DNA from: an uncultured Candidatus Poseidoniales archaeon
GTDB taxonomy: Archaea; Thermoplasmatota; Poseidoniia; Poseidoniales; Thalassarchaeaceae
Length of the DNA: 58,437 bases
Direction: 5' to 3'
Assembly (NCBI GenBank): GCA_964556195.1
Contig: CAZKVK010000003.1
Coordinates: forward strand, 8,134-66,570
The notes below the pieces were generated by a model. That model made no database searches and was not told where the DNA came from. It saw only the letters and a program-made list of their open reading frames with translations. Shown piece after piece: positions 19,419-29,404 of the stretch. How positions within the stretch are numbered: position 1 is the first letter of the stretch; each line of letters begins with the position of its first letter. The position numbers and the translations under genes were made by a program.

Positions 19419-21569
19419 GTGGATACCGGTATGGCGGGTGGCTCTGGAATCTACATCTCTTGGCTGATGGGTGCAATTCTCGTTTCTGTTGCCCTAATGC
19501 CGCTGATGAAACCACCTTGGGCAAAAATCAGAATCCAAGGATTTGTCGACATGTTTCGTCGCTACTGGGCTCACATGTTTGTGGTATTTTCGGTCTACCT
19601 TTGGAAAGATATTCTTGACCAACTAGACCGTATTCTGATGGCAAATACTCAGCTCGACATGACACCGTATGTCTATGCTATAGAAGGAGACATTGTACTC
19701 TGGATTCAGGATGCCTTCCAAAATGATTTCCTGTCACTAGTTCTAACCCATTTCTACGTGATGGGATTCATGACAGCAACCTTTGCCTCCTTCGTTTATC
19801 CAATATATTTCGATGACCGTCACATGGCTGACAGAGTCTCTCTGTCGATGTTTTGGGTCTATGTTTTGGCGATACCATTTTACCTATTCTTCAACGTTCG
19901 AGTCACTGGAGATCATATCCCAGCAATGGAAACAATCGCATATGATTTGACTCCAGAGATTCACAATTGGTTCACCAGAATCGACCCATTCACAAATGGA
20001 ATGCCCAGTCTTCACATTGGCCTGCCATTTGCAGTTTGGTTGACCTATCTAAAATGGGATGACGATGGTCGTTGGTTCAAGTTTAGAACCGCTCTAATGG
20101 CATTCATCATGCTAACTGGATTTACAATTTTGTACCTTGGAATTCATTGGGTAGTTGACATAATTGGTGGCATACTGGTTGCAATCCTAGCAGTCAGTCT
20201 AACAGAAAGGACTCACGAACCGGTTTGGAGATTTGCTGATGAAAGACTATTCACACGTCGATTAGCACGACTGATGAAAGACCCTAGAGAATGGTTTTCT
20301 AGTGTAAAGAAATCAGTAAATACGAAAATCGCTCCTTTCCAAGAACCATCTAAGAATCAAACTGTGGCGGCAATTATTGCAATTCTACTTGGTACTGGAT
20401 TAGTCCTCCTTTGGGATGCTACTCACCAAGATTTTCCAGTCGAAGGTGTAGAATGGCCAACCTACGCTGCCGGTGCGGGAGATTGGTTGGTCACGGTACA
20501 AGAAAATGAAAACGGAACAATCGAAATAATTTCTTGGAATTCTGAAACTAGGGATTCAGAAACAATGTCTACGATAACTATCGGAGAACAAGAATGGACT
20601 TCCACACCAAGAGTATCAGCCTCCGAAAATGGTGTTGTTATATTTGATTCTGGTAAACTACAATATTGGTCTTATTCAGATACAAACCAAAGTTTCAGTA
20701 AGGCAGATTGGTCGATTGGCGCAAATAACTCTCCTAGCCCAATAATCGACGTATTACTAGCCGAAAATTCTAATCAAGAAGCAATAATTGTACTTGTCTC
20801 CAATGATGAATTAACTTTCATTGACACATCAGGACAAGAAAAACAATTCTATGTTCCACCAGGTCCGTACAGTGTGGTTACCAATTATGGTTCACTAATC
20901 GTCGTTGCGAACTCCACATCCAATGGTCCAGTAATTCACGTTGGCCACCTAGAACAGGAACAGGGTGCTTGGTATATTCCCATAGCCAATACAACCGACG
21001 AAGTTATCGATGAATTCCTTGAAGATGTCTTTGAAGAACCGGTCAACTACTCAAATTCTACAATAGTTGAACTTGCAATGGATGGCGACTATATCGTTGC
21101 GGTTGTCGATGTAGGACCGGTTAATCGTACAATTCTAATTGATTTTAGTGAAGGCACTCAACTATTGCTTTCCGATCCCGTTTGGCCTTCTTCTTCACCG
21201 AGTATCTCTGGAGAAAATGTTGCCTTCCTTCAAATTCCTAGATTCGATCCGACCGCGGAAGACGATGATTTACTAACTGCGAGAGACGTATTCCTTCATG
21301 ATATTAAGGAAAATAGAACATTGCAGTTGACTATCGATGACGATGTTGACCAATCCAACCCAGAGGTCTTGGAATCGAATGTAGCTTGGATAGAAAGTCA
21401 AGAAGATGGGAATTTGGAAATTCGAATGTATGCCCTAGAGGAAACTTTCGAGCCCTATTCTTCTGTTGTGCTACAATCTTCGATTGTACTTCTTATTCCT
21501 TTGATGATATTGTATGCCTTCCAATCTGCCAATGAATCTCAGAAATCTAATGGTCGAAGAGAAGATTGA
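19419..21569 (+). CDS. PAP2/Aur1-like (inositol-phosphorylceramide synthase-type) membrane enzyme fused to a large extracytoplasmic domain
   Basis: Multi-TM N-terminal half with MPSLH and HWVVD catalytic motifs, then about 350 aa of soluble beta-rich sequence and a terminal TM helix. Confidence 0.75.
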   Translation: MDTGMAGGSGIYISWLMGAILVSVALMPLMKPPWAKIRIQGFVDMFRRYWAHMFVVFSVYLWKDILDQLDRILMANTQLDMTPYVYAIEGDIVLWIQDAFQNDFLSLVLTHFYVMGFMTATFASFVYPIYFDDRHMADRVSLSMFWVYVLAIPFYLFFNVRVTGDHIPAMETIAYDLTPEIHNWFTRIDPFTNGMPSLHIGLPFAVWLTYLKWDDDGRWFKFRTALMAFIMLTGFTILYLGIHWVVDIIGGILVAILAVSLTERTHEPVWRFADERLFTRRLARLMKDPREWFSSVKKSVNTKIAPFQEPSKNQTVAAIIAILLGTGLVLLWDATHQDFPVEGVEWPTYAAGAGDWLVTVQENENGTIEIISWNSETRDSETMSTITIGEQEWTSTPRVSASENGVVIFDSGKLQYWSYSDTNQSFSKADWSIGANNSPSPIIDVLLAENSNQEAIIVLVSNDELTFIDTSGQEKQFYVPPGPYSVVTNYGSLIVVANSTSNGPVIHVGHLEQEQGAWYIPIANTTDEVIDEFLEDVFEEPVNYSNSTIVELAMDGDYIVAVVDVGPVNRTILIDFSEGTQLLLSDPVWPSSSPSISGENVAFLQIPRFDPTAEDDDLLTARDVFLHDIKENRTLQLTIDDDVDQSNPEVLESNVAWIESQEDGNLEIRMYALEETFEPYSSVVLQSSIVLLIPLMILYAFQSANESQKSNGRRED

Positions 21570-21570
21570 T

Positions 21571-22659
21571 TCATTCAGCGAGCCGGAACATTTCCTCGAG
21601 GCTGTGCTGTGCACGCTGAATTATTTCTTGGTCGAGTTCAATGATTTGGTCTGGACGAGGGGATCGAAGTGCCTGAAGGATGTCTTCCAATTGGGTCATT
21701 TTCATGTAACGACACATTACACAAGTTCCGATTAGATTCAACTCGTTTTCCGATTCAGCCCTAACTCTATCAGCGGTACCACATTCGGTGATTAGCATGA
21801 TGTCAGATTTACCTTCTGCTCCGAGCCTCAAAGCTTCCTCTCGAAGAACTTCGCTGCTTCCGACAACGTCGCTCTCTGCGATTACGTCCGCATCACATTC
21901 AGGATGGCTGAGCACCTGTAATTCAATTCCTTGTTCAGCAGTTCTTTTTCTCCATGAACGAATTTTTCCTCCAGTGAATGTAGCGTGTACGTAGCATTCG
22001 CCGTCATAATTGATGACTTCTTTACGACCATCCAGATACTCAGCAAGGTGCTTCCCCATCAGTTGGTCAGGCACGAATATAATTCGATCACCGGACAGTT
22101 TCTCGCAGATCCGGAGATAATTACTACTTGTTACGCAGACATCGACTTCAGCCTTTACTTCGGCGCTTGTGTTGATGTAACAGGCAACCGGCACATCGGG
22201 ATACTGTGCCTTTAGGTCCCGAACATCTTGCGCGGTTATGCTATCAGATAGAGTACAGCCCGCTTCAGGAGAAGGGTGCAGTATCGTCTTGTGAGGGCTG
22301 ACTATTTTTGCAGTCTCAGCCATGAATCTTACACTTGAGAATAGAATAGTTTGCTGAGGCGCATCTCGAGCAGCCTTTGATAGTGAGTAACTGTCGGATA
22401 CCGAGTCAGCGACCCCATAAACGATGTCCGGAGTCTGGTAAGAGTGAGCAATGAGAAAAACATCCTTTTCTCGCTTTAATTGATTAATCTCAAGGGTTAG
22501 AGGCGCTATGGTTCTGCAAATCTCAATATCCCATAATGTGCTCTGATTGATGACCCTTTGAAGCCTCTCAGCCTCCTCTTGAATTTCCTCTTCCGAGTAT
22601 GGCTTGGGTTTCAGAGAGCCACGAGGTAGCGGGGCTGAGGGCATCTGCATTGTCATCAA
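21571..22659 (-). CDS. nadA: Quinolinate synthase
   Basis: AHSYQ, RFMAE, AGCTLSD, YINTSA, ECYVH, HPEC and MCRYMK motifs, including three Fe-S Cys. Confidence 0.95.
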   Translation of the reverse strand: MMTMQMPSAPLPRGSLKPKPYSEEEIQEEAERLQRVINQSTLWDIEICRTIAPLTLEINQLKREKDVFLIAHSYQTPDIVYGVADSVSDSYSLSKAARDAPQQTILFSSVRFMAETAKIVSPHKTILHPSPEAGCTLSDSITAQDVRDLKAQYPDVPVACYINTSAEVKAEVDVCVTSSNYLRICEKLSGDRIIFVPDQLMGKHLAEYLDGRKEVINYDGECYVHATFTGGKIRSWRKRTAEQGIELQVLSHPECDADVIAESDVVGSSEVLREEALRLGAEGKSDIMLITECGTADRVRAESENELNLIGTCVMCRYMKMTQLEDILQALRSPRPDQIIELDQEIIQRAQHSLEEMFRLAE

Positions 22660-22714
22660 TTCTCGCTACTTCGTCGAATGCAACCGCTTTCAAGGCATCT
22701 CATCTCGGAGGAAC

Positions 22715-23389
22715 ATGGCTGAAGAGGCGATACCCATGTGGATTGAAGATTCAGTCCTTCATATCGGTGCAGAAGCAACTGCTATTTCCGGATCTTGGAT
22801 GGGTCGCGAAGCAGTGCTTAAAAAACGCGAACCCAGAGCCTATCGTCACCCTTCTTTAGACAGGAAATTAACCCGTCAGAGATTGGCAGCAGAGGCTAGA
22901 ATTCTTTCCCGTCTACAAAATATTGACTTTCCTTCTCCTGTACTATTGGATTTAGATGCCGAAGGTGGATGGATGCTGATTTCTCGGGTCGATGGAGTAC
23001 CATTGTACGAGGGATTACAAAGTGGCGATGCAGGGTTACAAGAAATCCGCCAGTTTGGAGAATTGATTCGAAAATTGCATGAGACAGACATCGCCCATGG
23101 AGATTTAACCACACACAATGTACTAATCGATAAACAAGGAAATTTGACTCTAATTGACTTCGGCCTTTCTCGAATTGCTCCGGAGATTGAACAACTCGGC
23201 CTAGACTTACAGGTCCTCAATGAATGCCTCACAGCTAGCCATTACAATTTCGAATCAGCAGTTCAAACAATGGTTGATGGCTATTTGTCAGCAGACTCTG
23301 GAAAGTCATTGGGGATTTCCCACCTATCTGCAAAGGAAGTAGTCGAGCGATTCAATGCGATTCGTGGCCGGGTTAGATACCATGCTTGA
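22715..23389 (+). CDS. bud32: KEOPS kinase Bud32 (Kae1-associated)
   Basis: GAEA, YRHPSLD...EAR, HGDLTTHN and IDFGL motifs; GGAGG upstream of ATG 22715. Confidence 0.92.
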   Translation: MAEEAIPMWIEDSVLHIGAEATAISGSWMGREAVLKKREPRAYRHPSLDRKLTRQRLAAEARILSRLQNIDFPSPVLLDLDAEGGWMLISRVDGVPLYEGLQSGDAGLQEIRQFGELIRKLHETDIAHGDLTTHNVLIDKQGNLTLIDFGLSRIAPEIEQLGLDLQVLNECLTASHYNFESAVQTMVDGYLSADSGKSLGISHLSAKEVVERFNAIRGRVRYHA

Positions 23390-23398
23390 GTTGAGTCG

Positions 23399-23992
23399 AT
23401 GAAGATACTCTTTGCTACCGGCAATGAAAACAAAATTGCAGAAGCCCGAGAGGTTCTTGGGCTTCTTGGGCATACGGTTGAAGGTTTGGTAATAGATGGA
23501 CAGAGACCTATTTTCGATGAACCAAAAGAACTTGGATTAGATGGCGTAGCAGAATCAAAAATTAACCAAGCAATGGCTTTGGTTCAAGAAAGCGAATTAC
23601 AAGGTTGTGCAATTCTTGTCGAAGATTCCGGTATATTTCTAGATGCATTTCCAGAATGGCCGGGAGCAGAATCTTCGGATGTAGAGAAAGAAATCGGTCT
23701 AGAGGGAATAATCGAGCGAGTAAATAGGTCTGGCAACAGGGGTACAGAATATCGAGCGGTAGCAATTCTATCGAACGGCAATCAAATTTGGAAATCGCAA
23801 GGAGTATGTAGAGGTAGAATTTCTGATCATCCACGTGGTAGCCAAGGCTTCGGATATGACCCGATTTTCATTCCCGAAGAGGGTGACGGACGAACCTTTG
23901 GAGAATTAGGCAGTGAGTTAAAAAATCAGATTTCTCACAGGAAAAAAGCCATGCAAGGGCTCTCAAATCTTCTCAAATCCCCGTCAAGGTGA
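23399..23992 (+). CDS. rdgB: Non-canonical purine NTP pyrophosphatase (Ham1/RdgB/ITPase)
   Basis: FATGNENKIAE, EDSG, GFGYDPIF and SHR motifs. Confidence 0.93.
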   Translation: MKILFATGNENKIAEAREVLGLLGHTVEGLVIDGQRPIFDEPKELGLDGVAESKINQAMALVQESELQGCAILVEDSGIFLDAFPEWPGAESSDVEKEIGLEGIIERVNRSGNRGTEYRAVAILSNGNQIWKSQGVCRGRISDHPRGSQGFGYDPIFIPEEGDGRTFGELGSELKNQISHRKKAMQGLSNLLKSPSR

Positions 23993-24028
23993 ATAGAGAT
24001 AAGCCGCTGTGGTAACTGAGGAACTGAC

Positions 24029-24928
24029 GTGGTTTCGTACAACCGACTCTTGCTTCTAGTCCTTTTAGGACTAGGAACGCCGCTATTCTTGCTGTTCCAA
24101 GGCTCGATGAATCTGGGTCAACAAATTGCAGCAGGAACAGTACTCTTGGCCTTACTTTCGCTGTTCGTATTTTCAGGTAGAAGGCCACTCCCTTCAACCC
24201 CCAAATCTCCTGTAGTTGAGATTGAAGAAGAGGACGACAAACCTGAATCAGAACCTGTCGCCGAAGAGATTGAGGTAGAAGAAGAGGCAATTCGTCGCAG
24301 TCGAGGCCGTGTTGCTACCCCAGTAGCACCACCCATGCCACCACCACCTGCAGTTGCAATGCCTAATCTAGGTGCACCAATGCCTGCATCTGGTATACCT
24401 ATGCCGCCCCCAATTTCAGCCCCTCAAGTTCCTCCGGTTGCTGGGGATGGAGAGAACGTTGCTCAGCGCCTAGTAGTTTCTCGAGATGCCCAATCAGAAA
24501 TGGAAACTGAAATCGAGAGTTATGTCGAGGAACAACGCGAGAAGAGGGCGGTTATTCGCGGTCAAATCGACCGACGTCGCCGCATGGCATTGGCTGAAAG
24601 AAAGGCAGCCAAGGTGAGGATGTGGACAGAGTTAGAAGATGGAGAAGACCTAGGTGCTTTACTCAATCAAGCAGATCATGGATTAACTGTAATTGAGGAA
24701 GACCAAAGCCCTGATGACTCGGCTCCACTAGGTGTGTCTTATGTCAGAATTGACGAGTCAAGAATACTCAAAATCAGAGTTCCATTAAAGATTCCAGAGA
24801 AGGCTGAAAGCAATTCTGTTGAGGAATTAACCGGCGTTGAGAATATGTCTTCGTTCCCCCCCCCTCCTGGTGATTTACCACCCATGCCCCCTCCGCCCGG
24901 AATGCCTCCGCCTTCACCTCCTGAGTGA
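24029..24928 (+). CDS. Membrane-anchored proline-rich hypothetical protein
   Basis: Two N-terminal TM helices, Pro-rich tracts and a charged coiled-coil-like centre. Confidence 0.7.
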   Translation: MVSYNRLLLLVLLGLGTPLFLLFQGSMNLGQQIAAGTVLLALLSLFVFSGRRPLPSTPKSPVVEIEEEDDKPESEPVAEEIEVEEEAIRRSRGRVATPVAPPMPPPPAVAMPNLGAPMPASGIPMPPPISAPQVPPVAGDGENVAQRLVVSRDAQSEMETEIESYVEEQREKRAVIRGQIDRRRRMALAERKAAKVRMWTELEDGEDLGALLNQADHGLTVIEEDQSPDDSAPLGVSYVRIDESRILKIRVPLKIPEKAESNSVEELTGVENMSSFPPPPGDLPPMPPPPGMPPPSPPE

Positions 24929-24964
24929 GCGTATCTTCAAGCGGCGGTCGCTCTTCGGTGAACC

Positions 24965-25801
24965 ATGAGCGATGACGTGCTACTGGTCGAGAATGTTCCA
25001 GTCGAGGGCTCAAGTCCCGCCGGGGGAGTAATTTCTGTTTGGACATTAAACCGACCAGAGAAACTCAATGCTCTGAACAGGGCATCGCATGATGCCCTCA
25101 AGCAAGCTTGCTCCGAAGTGGAGGCCGACGACAATGTCCGAGTGGTGGTAATTCGTGGCGCATCGCCACCACCAGCCCCAGAAGGAAAGCGTCAGAAACC
25201 AGCCGCTTTTGCGGCAGGTGCCGACATTTCGGAGTTCGTAGGAAAGAATTCCGATGACGTCCGCCCTTTTTTCGAGAACAATGCATGGGAGAGAGTTTGG
25301 AATTTGACTAAGCCAACAATCGCAATGGTCGATGGATTTGCACTTGGGGGCGGAACAGAGTTGGCCCTTTCCTGCGATTTGCGTATTGCCAGTACACGGG
25401 CTAAGTTTGGCACACCAGAAATCAATCTAGGCTTGATTCCGGGTGGAGGCGGCACCCAACGGCTTGTGGACATACTAGGGTATGGTAAGGCCATGGAGAT
25501 GGTAATGACCGGAGAAATGGTAGGCTCAGAAGAGGCGTTAAGACTTGGATTGGCCAACGATGTAGTCGAGTCTGAGGAGCTTGAAACTCGTACGATGGAA
25601 ATGGCGGAAAATATTGCTAAAAAGTCTCCCTACACAATCAAGGTTGCCAAGCGAGCGGTTCGTGCCGCGCTTGATTTAGGAATGTCCGAAGGTATACTAG
25701 CCGAGAGGTCTGAATTTGTTGCACTCTTCGACACCGAAGACAAGGAAATTGGAGTTCAGGCATTCCTTGAGCGCAAAAATCCTGAGTGGAAAGGCAACTG
25801 A
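24965..25801 (+). CDS. Enoyl-CoA hydratase/isomerase (crotonase)
   Basis: LNRPEKLNA, FAAGADI, GGGTELALSCD and PEINLGLIPGGGGTQRL motifs, with both catalytic Glu. Confidence 0.93.
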   Translation: MSDDVLLVENVPVEGSSPAGGVISVWTLNRPEKLNALNRASHDALKQACSEVEADDNVRVVVIRGASPPPAPEGKRQKPAAFAAGADISEFVGKNSDDVRPFFENNAWERVWNLTKPTIAMVDGFALGGGTELALSCDLRIASTRAKFGTPEINLGLIPGGGGTQRLVDILGYGKAMEMVMTGEMVGSEEALRLGLANDVVESEELETRTMEMAENIAKKSPYTIKVAKRAVRAALDLGMSEGILAERSEFVALFDTEDKEIGVQAFLERKNPEWKGN

Positions 25802-25829
25802 GGACTGTAGACAGTTTGGCGATGTTGCT

Positions 25830-26210
25830 TCACCGTTTTTTAACCCAGTTCCAAGCTACGAAAGGGAGACTCCAGAAAGCCCCTCCAATTGCTCCCATGG
25901 CAACCACTATTGCTAACGTAATTAGGTTGGTGTTGGGCAATCCAAATACTGGTCCAAATAGAGGCATAATCGATGTGATACATCCTATAGGTATGAGTAT
26001 CTTGAGGCTCACTTCGGGCCACTCAGCGCGTTTCCATAATTGATTAACAACTGAGGATGAAAGAGTAGCCAATGCAAAAAAAGCAACAAATAGTCCTGCA
26101 AAAGATCCGACGAACTCACTACCTTCTGCAAAGACGAATGCAACGAGAATGAATATCGCCAATAATGCCCCAGTAGCGGCACCAGCAAGTATTACCCCCA
26201 CTCGTTCCAC
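25830..26210 (-). CDS. Hypothetical membrane protein
   Basis: 126 aa with four hydrophobic helices. Confidence 0.65.
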   Translation of the reverse strand: MERVGVILAGAATGALLAIFILVAFVFAEGSEFVGSFAGLFVAFFALATLSSSVVNQLWKRAEWPEVSLKILIPIGCITSIMPLFGPVFGLPNTNLITLAIVVAMGAIGGAFWSLPFVAWNWVKKR

Positions 26211-26228
26211 AATACTCTGAGTTGTAGT

Positions 26229-26813
26229 TTAGGAATTAAGATACCTCTCAATTTTTCCGATGGGGTCCTCGATTTTTGTAAGGTCAAGCAGCAACCAGTC
26301 ATTTTTGCCAGCCAATTTAATCATCTCATCCTGTATTTCTCGAATTCTTTCGATATGGTCAAGATAATGCCGAACAGGTCTGCCGTTGTGTTTTCTTCTA
26401 CCTGTAATCATTCTCACATGCTCTTCTTCGTCTTCAACAGCCAAAACAACGCCGCAGGCCTCACCTCCTGTAGCTCTCCATTCATCGATTAGAGCAAAGT
26501 CGGGTACGAAATGAACTCCCTCCATCAAAATATCCCCCCCTCTCTTCATTTCGCGAGATACAACCGCTTGTATGGCATCATTTAGAGGACTAACTGTGGC
26601 CTTCCAATCTTTGATTGCTCCTGATCCTCCAGGCTGAAATGAGGATCGATGTAAAGCCGGTTCTTCTTCTTCGAATATTTGAGTTCTGAGAGTTTCTCTA
26701 ATTGTATCGGTAGCCACTATTTTGTCGAACTCCAAAGAGGCTGCAATCTTTGCGCTAAGGGTTGATTTTCCAACTCCGCTAGCACCGGTTATGACCAGCA
26801 ATCTGCCGACCAT
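26229..26813 (-). CDS. 2-phosphoglycerate-kinase-like P-loop small-molecule kinase
   Basis: GASGVGKST Walker A, TDTIRE, LHRSSF and EGVH motifs. Confidence 0.75.
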   Translation of the reverse strand: MVGRLLVITGASGVGKSTLSAKIAASLEFDKIVATDTIRETLRTQIFEEEEPALHRSSFQPGGSGAIKDWKATVSPLNDAIQAVVSREMKRGGDILMEGVHFVPDFALIDEWRATGGEACGVVLAVEDEEEHVRMITGRRKHNGRPVRHYLDHIERIREIQDEMIKLAGKNDWLLLDLTKIEDPIGKIERYLNS

Positions 26814-26824
26814 TCGTACAACCC

Positions 26825-28243
26825 CTAACGTTGAATCGCCTTCACTTCGAGAAATTCTTCAAGACCGTGAATGCCGAGTTCGCGACCGTTCCCTGACAAC
26901 TTGTAGCCCCCAAACGGGGCAGAGATGTTGAACGGTCCGCCGTTGATACTGACTTGTCCAGTACGCATTTGTCTAGCCACCCGCAGGGCTCTTTCTTCAT
27001 CACTTGACCAAACTCCTCCTGACAACCCGTACTCTGAATCATTGGCTAAATCTACGGCTTCCTCCTCGGTAGAGTATGTAGTGATTGACAGAACTGGTCC
27101 GAAAATCTCCTCGCGGAAAATGGTCATCTCTGGAGTTACGTCAGAGAATACGGTTGGTCGAACGAAAAATCCCTTTTCAAGCCCCTCAGGCATTCCCAAT
27201 CCTCCAACCACCAAAGTGGCTCCCTCTTCGATTCCAGCAGCAATGTACGAGGAAACACTCTCTTGCTGTCTACCCGAAACCATAGGTCCGCAGCGCTTTG
27301 ATTCGTCCATGGGATCGCCAACAGAATATTTCTCCATCTTCGTAGTAATCACTTCGACAATTTCCTGTTTTTTCGACTCGGGTACGAGTAATCTGCTCAG
27401 GGCGGAACACTCTTGACCAGAGTTTCCAAAGCACTCGTGAATCGATGCTGATGCTGCCTTAGCAATGTCAGCATCGTCCAGAATAATGTTGGCGCTCTTG
27501 CCGCCGAGCTCCAATGTTACTCTCTTTACGCTCGGGGCTGCCAACTCGCTGACTCTAACTCCGGCTCCGGTGGAGCCGGTGAAGCTTACCATATCCACAT
27601 CAGGATGACTGCTCAATACCTCGCCAATCTCTCTGCCATGTCCTGAAACTAGATTGAATACACCTGCAGGTAGGCCAATTTCGTGGATGATATCGGCAAG
27701 TACGAATGAGTTCAGAGGAGCTTCCTTGGACGGCTTGACGACCATCGTACAACCAGCGGCAATAGCCGGAGCGACCTTACCTATGATCTGGTGTAGAGGG
27801 TAGTTCCAAGGAGTAATCATTCCCACTACGCCAATGGGCTCCTTGACAATTAGTGAGTTTCGCACCTCTTCTTCCCATTCGTAGTTCTCTAGAATTTTAG
27901 CGTACGAGCGACAAACCACTCTGGGAGTGCCAACCATCGCGCCTCGGCAGTAATTGATTGGAGTTCCGACCTCTGAAGTAATCAGTTCTGTGAGCTCTTC
28001 GGTACGTTCCTTAATGGCCTGTGAGAGCATGTTCAGGTAGCCGACTCTGTCTTCCACTGAGGCATTGGACCACTCAGAGAAGGCCTCTTTGGCCGCTGCA
28101 ACAGCCGCCTCGACATCAGCGGTCGAACCGACTGGAACTGAGCCGATGATTTCCTCATTAGCAGGATTAATGACTTCGATTGCCCCTTCGCCTGTAGGCT
28201 CAACCCAACTGCCATCTATGTACAGGTGCTCGCGTGTGTGCAT
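26825..28243 (-). CDS. NAD(P)-dependent aldehyde dehydrogenase
   Basis: ITPWNYP, FTGST, LELGGKS, GQECSA (catalytic Cys), EEIFGPV and PFGGYKLSG motifs. Confidence 0.95.
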   Translation of the reverse strand: MHTREHLYIDGSWVEPTGEGAIEVINPANEEIIGSVPVGSTADVEAAVAAAKEAFSEWSNASVEDRVGYLNMLSQAIKERTEELTELITSEVGTPINYCRGAMVGTPRVVCRSYAKILENYEWEEEVRNSLIVKEPIGVVGMITPWNYPLHQIIGKVAPAIAAGCTMVVKPSKEAPLNSFVLADIIHEIGLPAGVFNLVSGHGREIGEVLSSHPDVDMVSFTGSTGAGVRVSELAAPSVKRVTLELGGKSANIILDDADIAKAASASIHECFGNSGQECSALSRLLVPESKKQEIVEVITTKMEKYSVGDPMDESKRCGPMVSGRQQESVSSYIAAGIEEGATLVVGGLGMPEGLEKGFFVRPTVFSDVTPEMTIFREEIFGPVLSITTYSTEEEAVDLANDSEYGLSGGVWSSDEERALRVARQMRTGQVSINGGPFNISAPFGGYKLSGNGRELGIHGLEEFLEVKAIQR

Positions 28244-28313
28244 GTAATGAGTGCGGAAGGGGGCGACTTATCACATTCATGCAGTTCAAAAGTGGAGCCC
28301 CCACCGCCACATC

Positions 28314-29114
28314 ATGGGAATTGAAGTGGAACGTCATGATGGTGGAGTAGCCGTTGTCACTCTCTCAGAAGAAGCTGCGAGAAATGCCTTCTCTCGTGCC
28401 TCAATTCGCGAAATCTCAACTATAATTGGCGTTTTACTTGACGACCGTTCCTGTAAGGCAATAGTGCTCACCGGAACGGGTCGATTTTTCTGTACAGGAG
28501 CAGATATTGATGAGTTCGCAGACTCGATAGACGATGGCTCGATTGGTAATCTCGTCGATGAGTTAACTAGTGTTTTGCACCCACTCGAATTGCGACTGCG
28601 CCGCAGTCCAACCGTATTCATCGCAGCAATCAACGGTTCGGCTGCAGGTGGCGGATTAGGCCTCGCACTTTGCGCCGACTATCGTGTGTGTGTTCCAGAT
28701 GCAAGGCTTGCAGCCGCTTTCTTCTCGCTCGGTTTGTCTCCAGACGGCGGCTCAACATGGCTACTTCCACGCTTGGTCGGATACCAAAGGGCTCGACGCT
28801 TCTTCTTTGATAACGAAGTTTGGACAGGCGAGCAAGCACTCGATTTGGGGGCAGTAGACGAAGTGATCGACTCAGAAAATTTACTCGAGAGAGCGATTGA
28901 GGTAGCAACAAAATGGAGTTCATGGTCAGAGGCGAGTAAACAAGGTACCAAGCAATTACTAGATGCCTCTTCAACAACCTTCATGGAAACTCAACTTGAA
29001 TTTGAAAAGGCACTGATTATGGCCGCTTCCTTAACACCTGATTTTGCGGAGGGAGTTTCAGCTTTCATAGAGAAGCGAGAGGCTAGATTTGGAACCTCAT
29101 CGGAAGAGGAATGA
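28314..29114 (+). CDS. Enoyl-CoA hydratase/isomerase, PaaG-like
   Basis: FCTGADI, AAGGGLGLALCAD and LSPDGG (Asp-type isomerase signature as in PaaG); start MGIEV at 28314. Confidence 0.85.
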   Translation: MGIEVERHDGGVAVVTLSEEAARNAFSRASIREISTIIGVLLDDRSCKAIVLTGTGRFFCTGADIDEFADSIDDGSIGNLVDELTSVLHPLELRLRRSPTVFIAAINGSAAGGGLGLALCADYRVCVPDARLAAAFFSLGLSPDGGSTWLLPRLVGYQRARRFFFDNEVWTGEQALDLGAVDEVIDSENLLERAIEVATKWSSWSEASKQGTKQLLDASSTTFMETQLEFEKALIMAASLTPDFAEGVSAFIEKREARFGTSSEEE

Positions 29115-29115
29115 A

Positions 29116-29394
29116 TCATTCTTCACGTCTTAATTTCAAGACGCCTGCAATTATTGTAATAATGCAGGATAAAGCGGCAATATTGGCTAGAGTCATCGCT
29201 ACCGAGCCAATTACGATTCCATAAACCAACCATAGGATAAGAGAGGTTGAAACCAAAGTGAATGTTGGTAGTGAAATTCCGTCGTGTTTCTTTTCTGACC
29301 AGACTCTTTGAATCTGAGGAACCCACGCAATTACACCCAGAAATCCAGCAAATACTCCAATTACTTCTACCCAGAATGGAATCAAATCATCCAC
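29116..29394 (-). CDS. SemiSWEET (PQ-loop, 3-TM) transporter
   Basis: 92 aa with three TMs, WVPQ...K..DGIS and LWLVYG motifs. Confidence 0.85.
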   Translation of the reverse strand: MDDLIPFWVEVIGVFAGFLGVIAWVPQIQRVWSEKKHDGISLPTFTLVSTSLILWLVYGIVIGSVAMTLANIAALSCIITIIAGVLKLRREE

Positions 29395-29404
29395 TCCTCA
29401 TTAG

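Noticed and set aside
21571-22659. nadA without adjacent nadB or nadC
   Set aside because: Scattered NAD biosynthesis genes are commonplace; nothing can be concluded from one window
22715-23389. Stand-alone Bud32 not fused to Kae1
   Set aside because: Both fused and split forms are common in archaea
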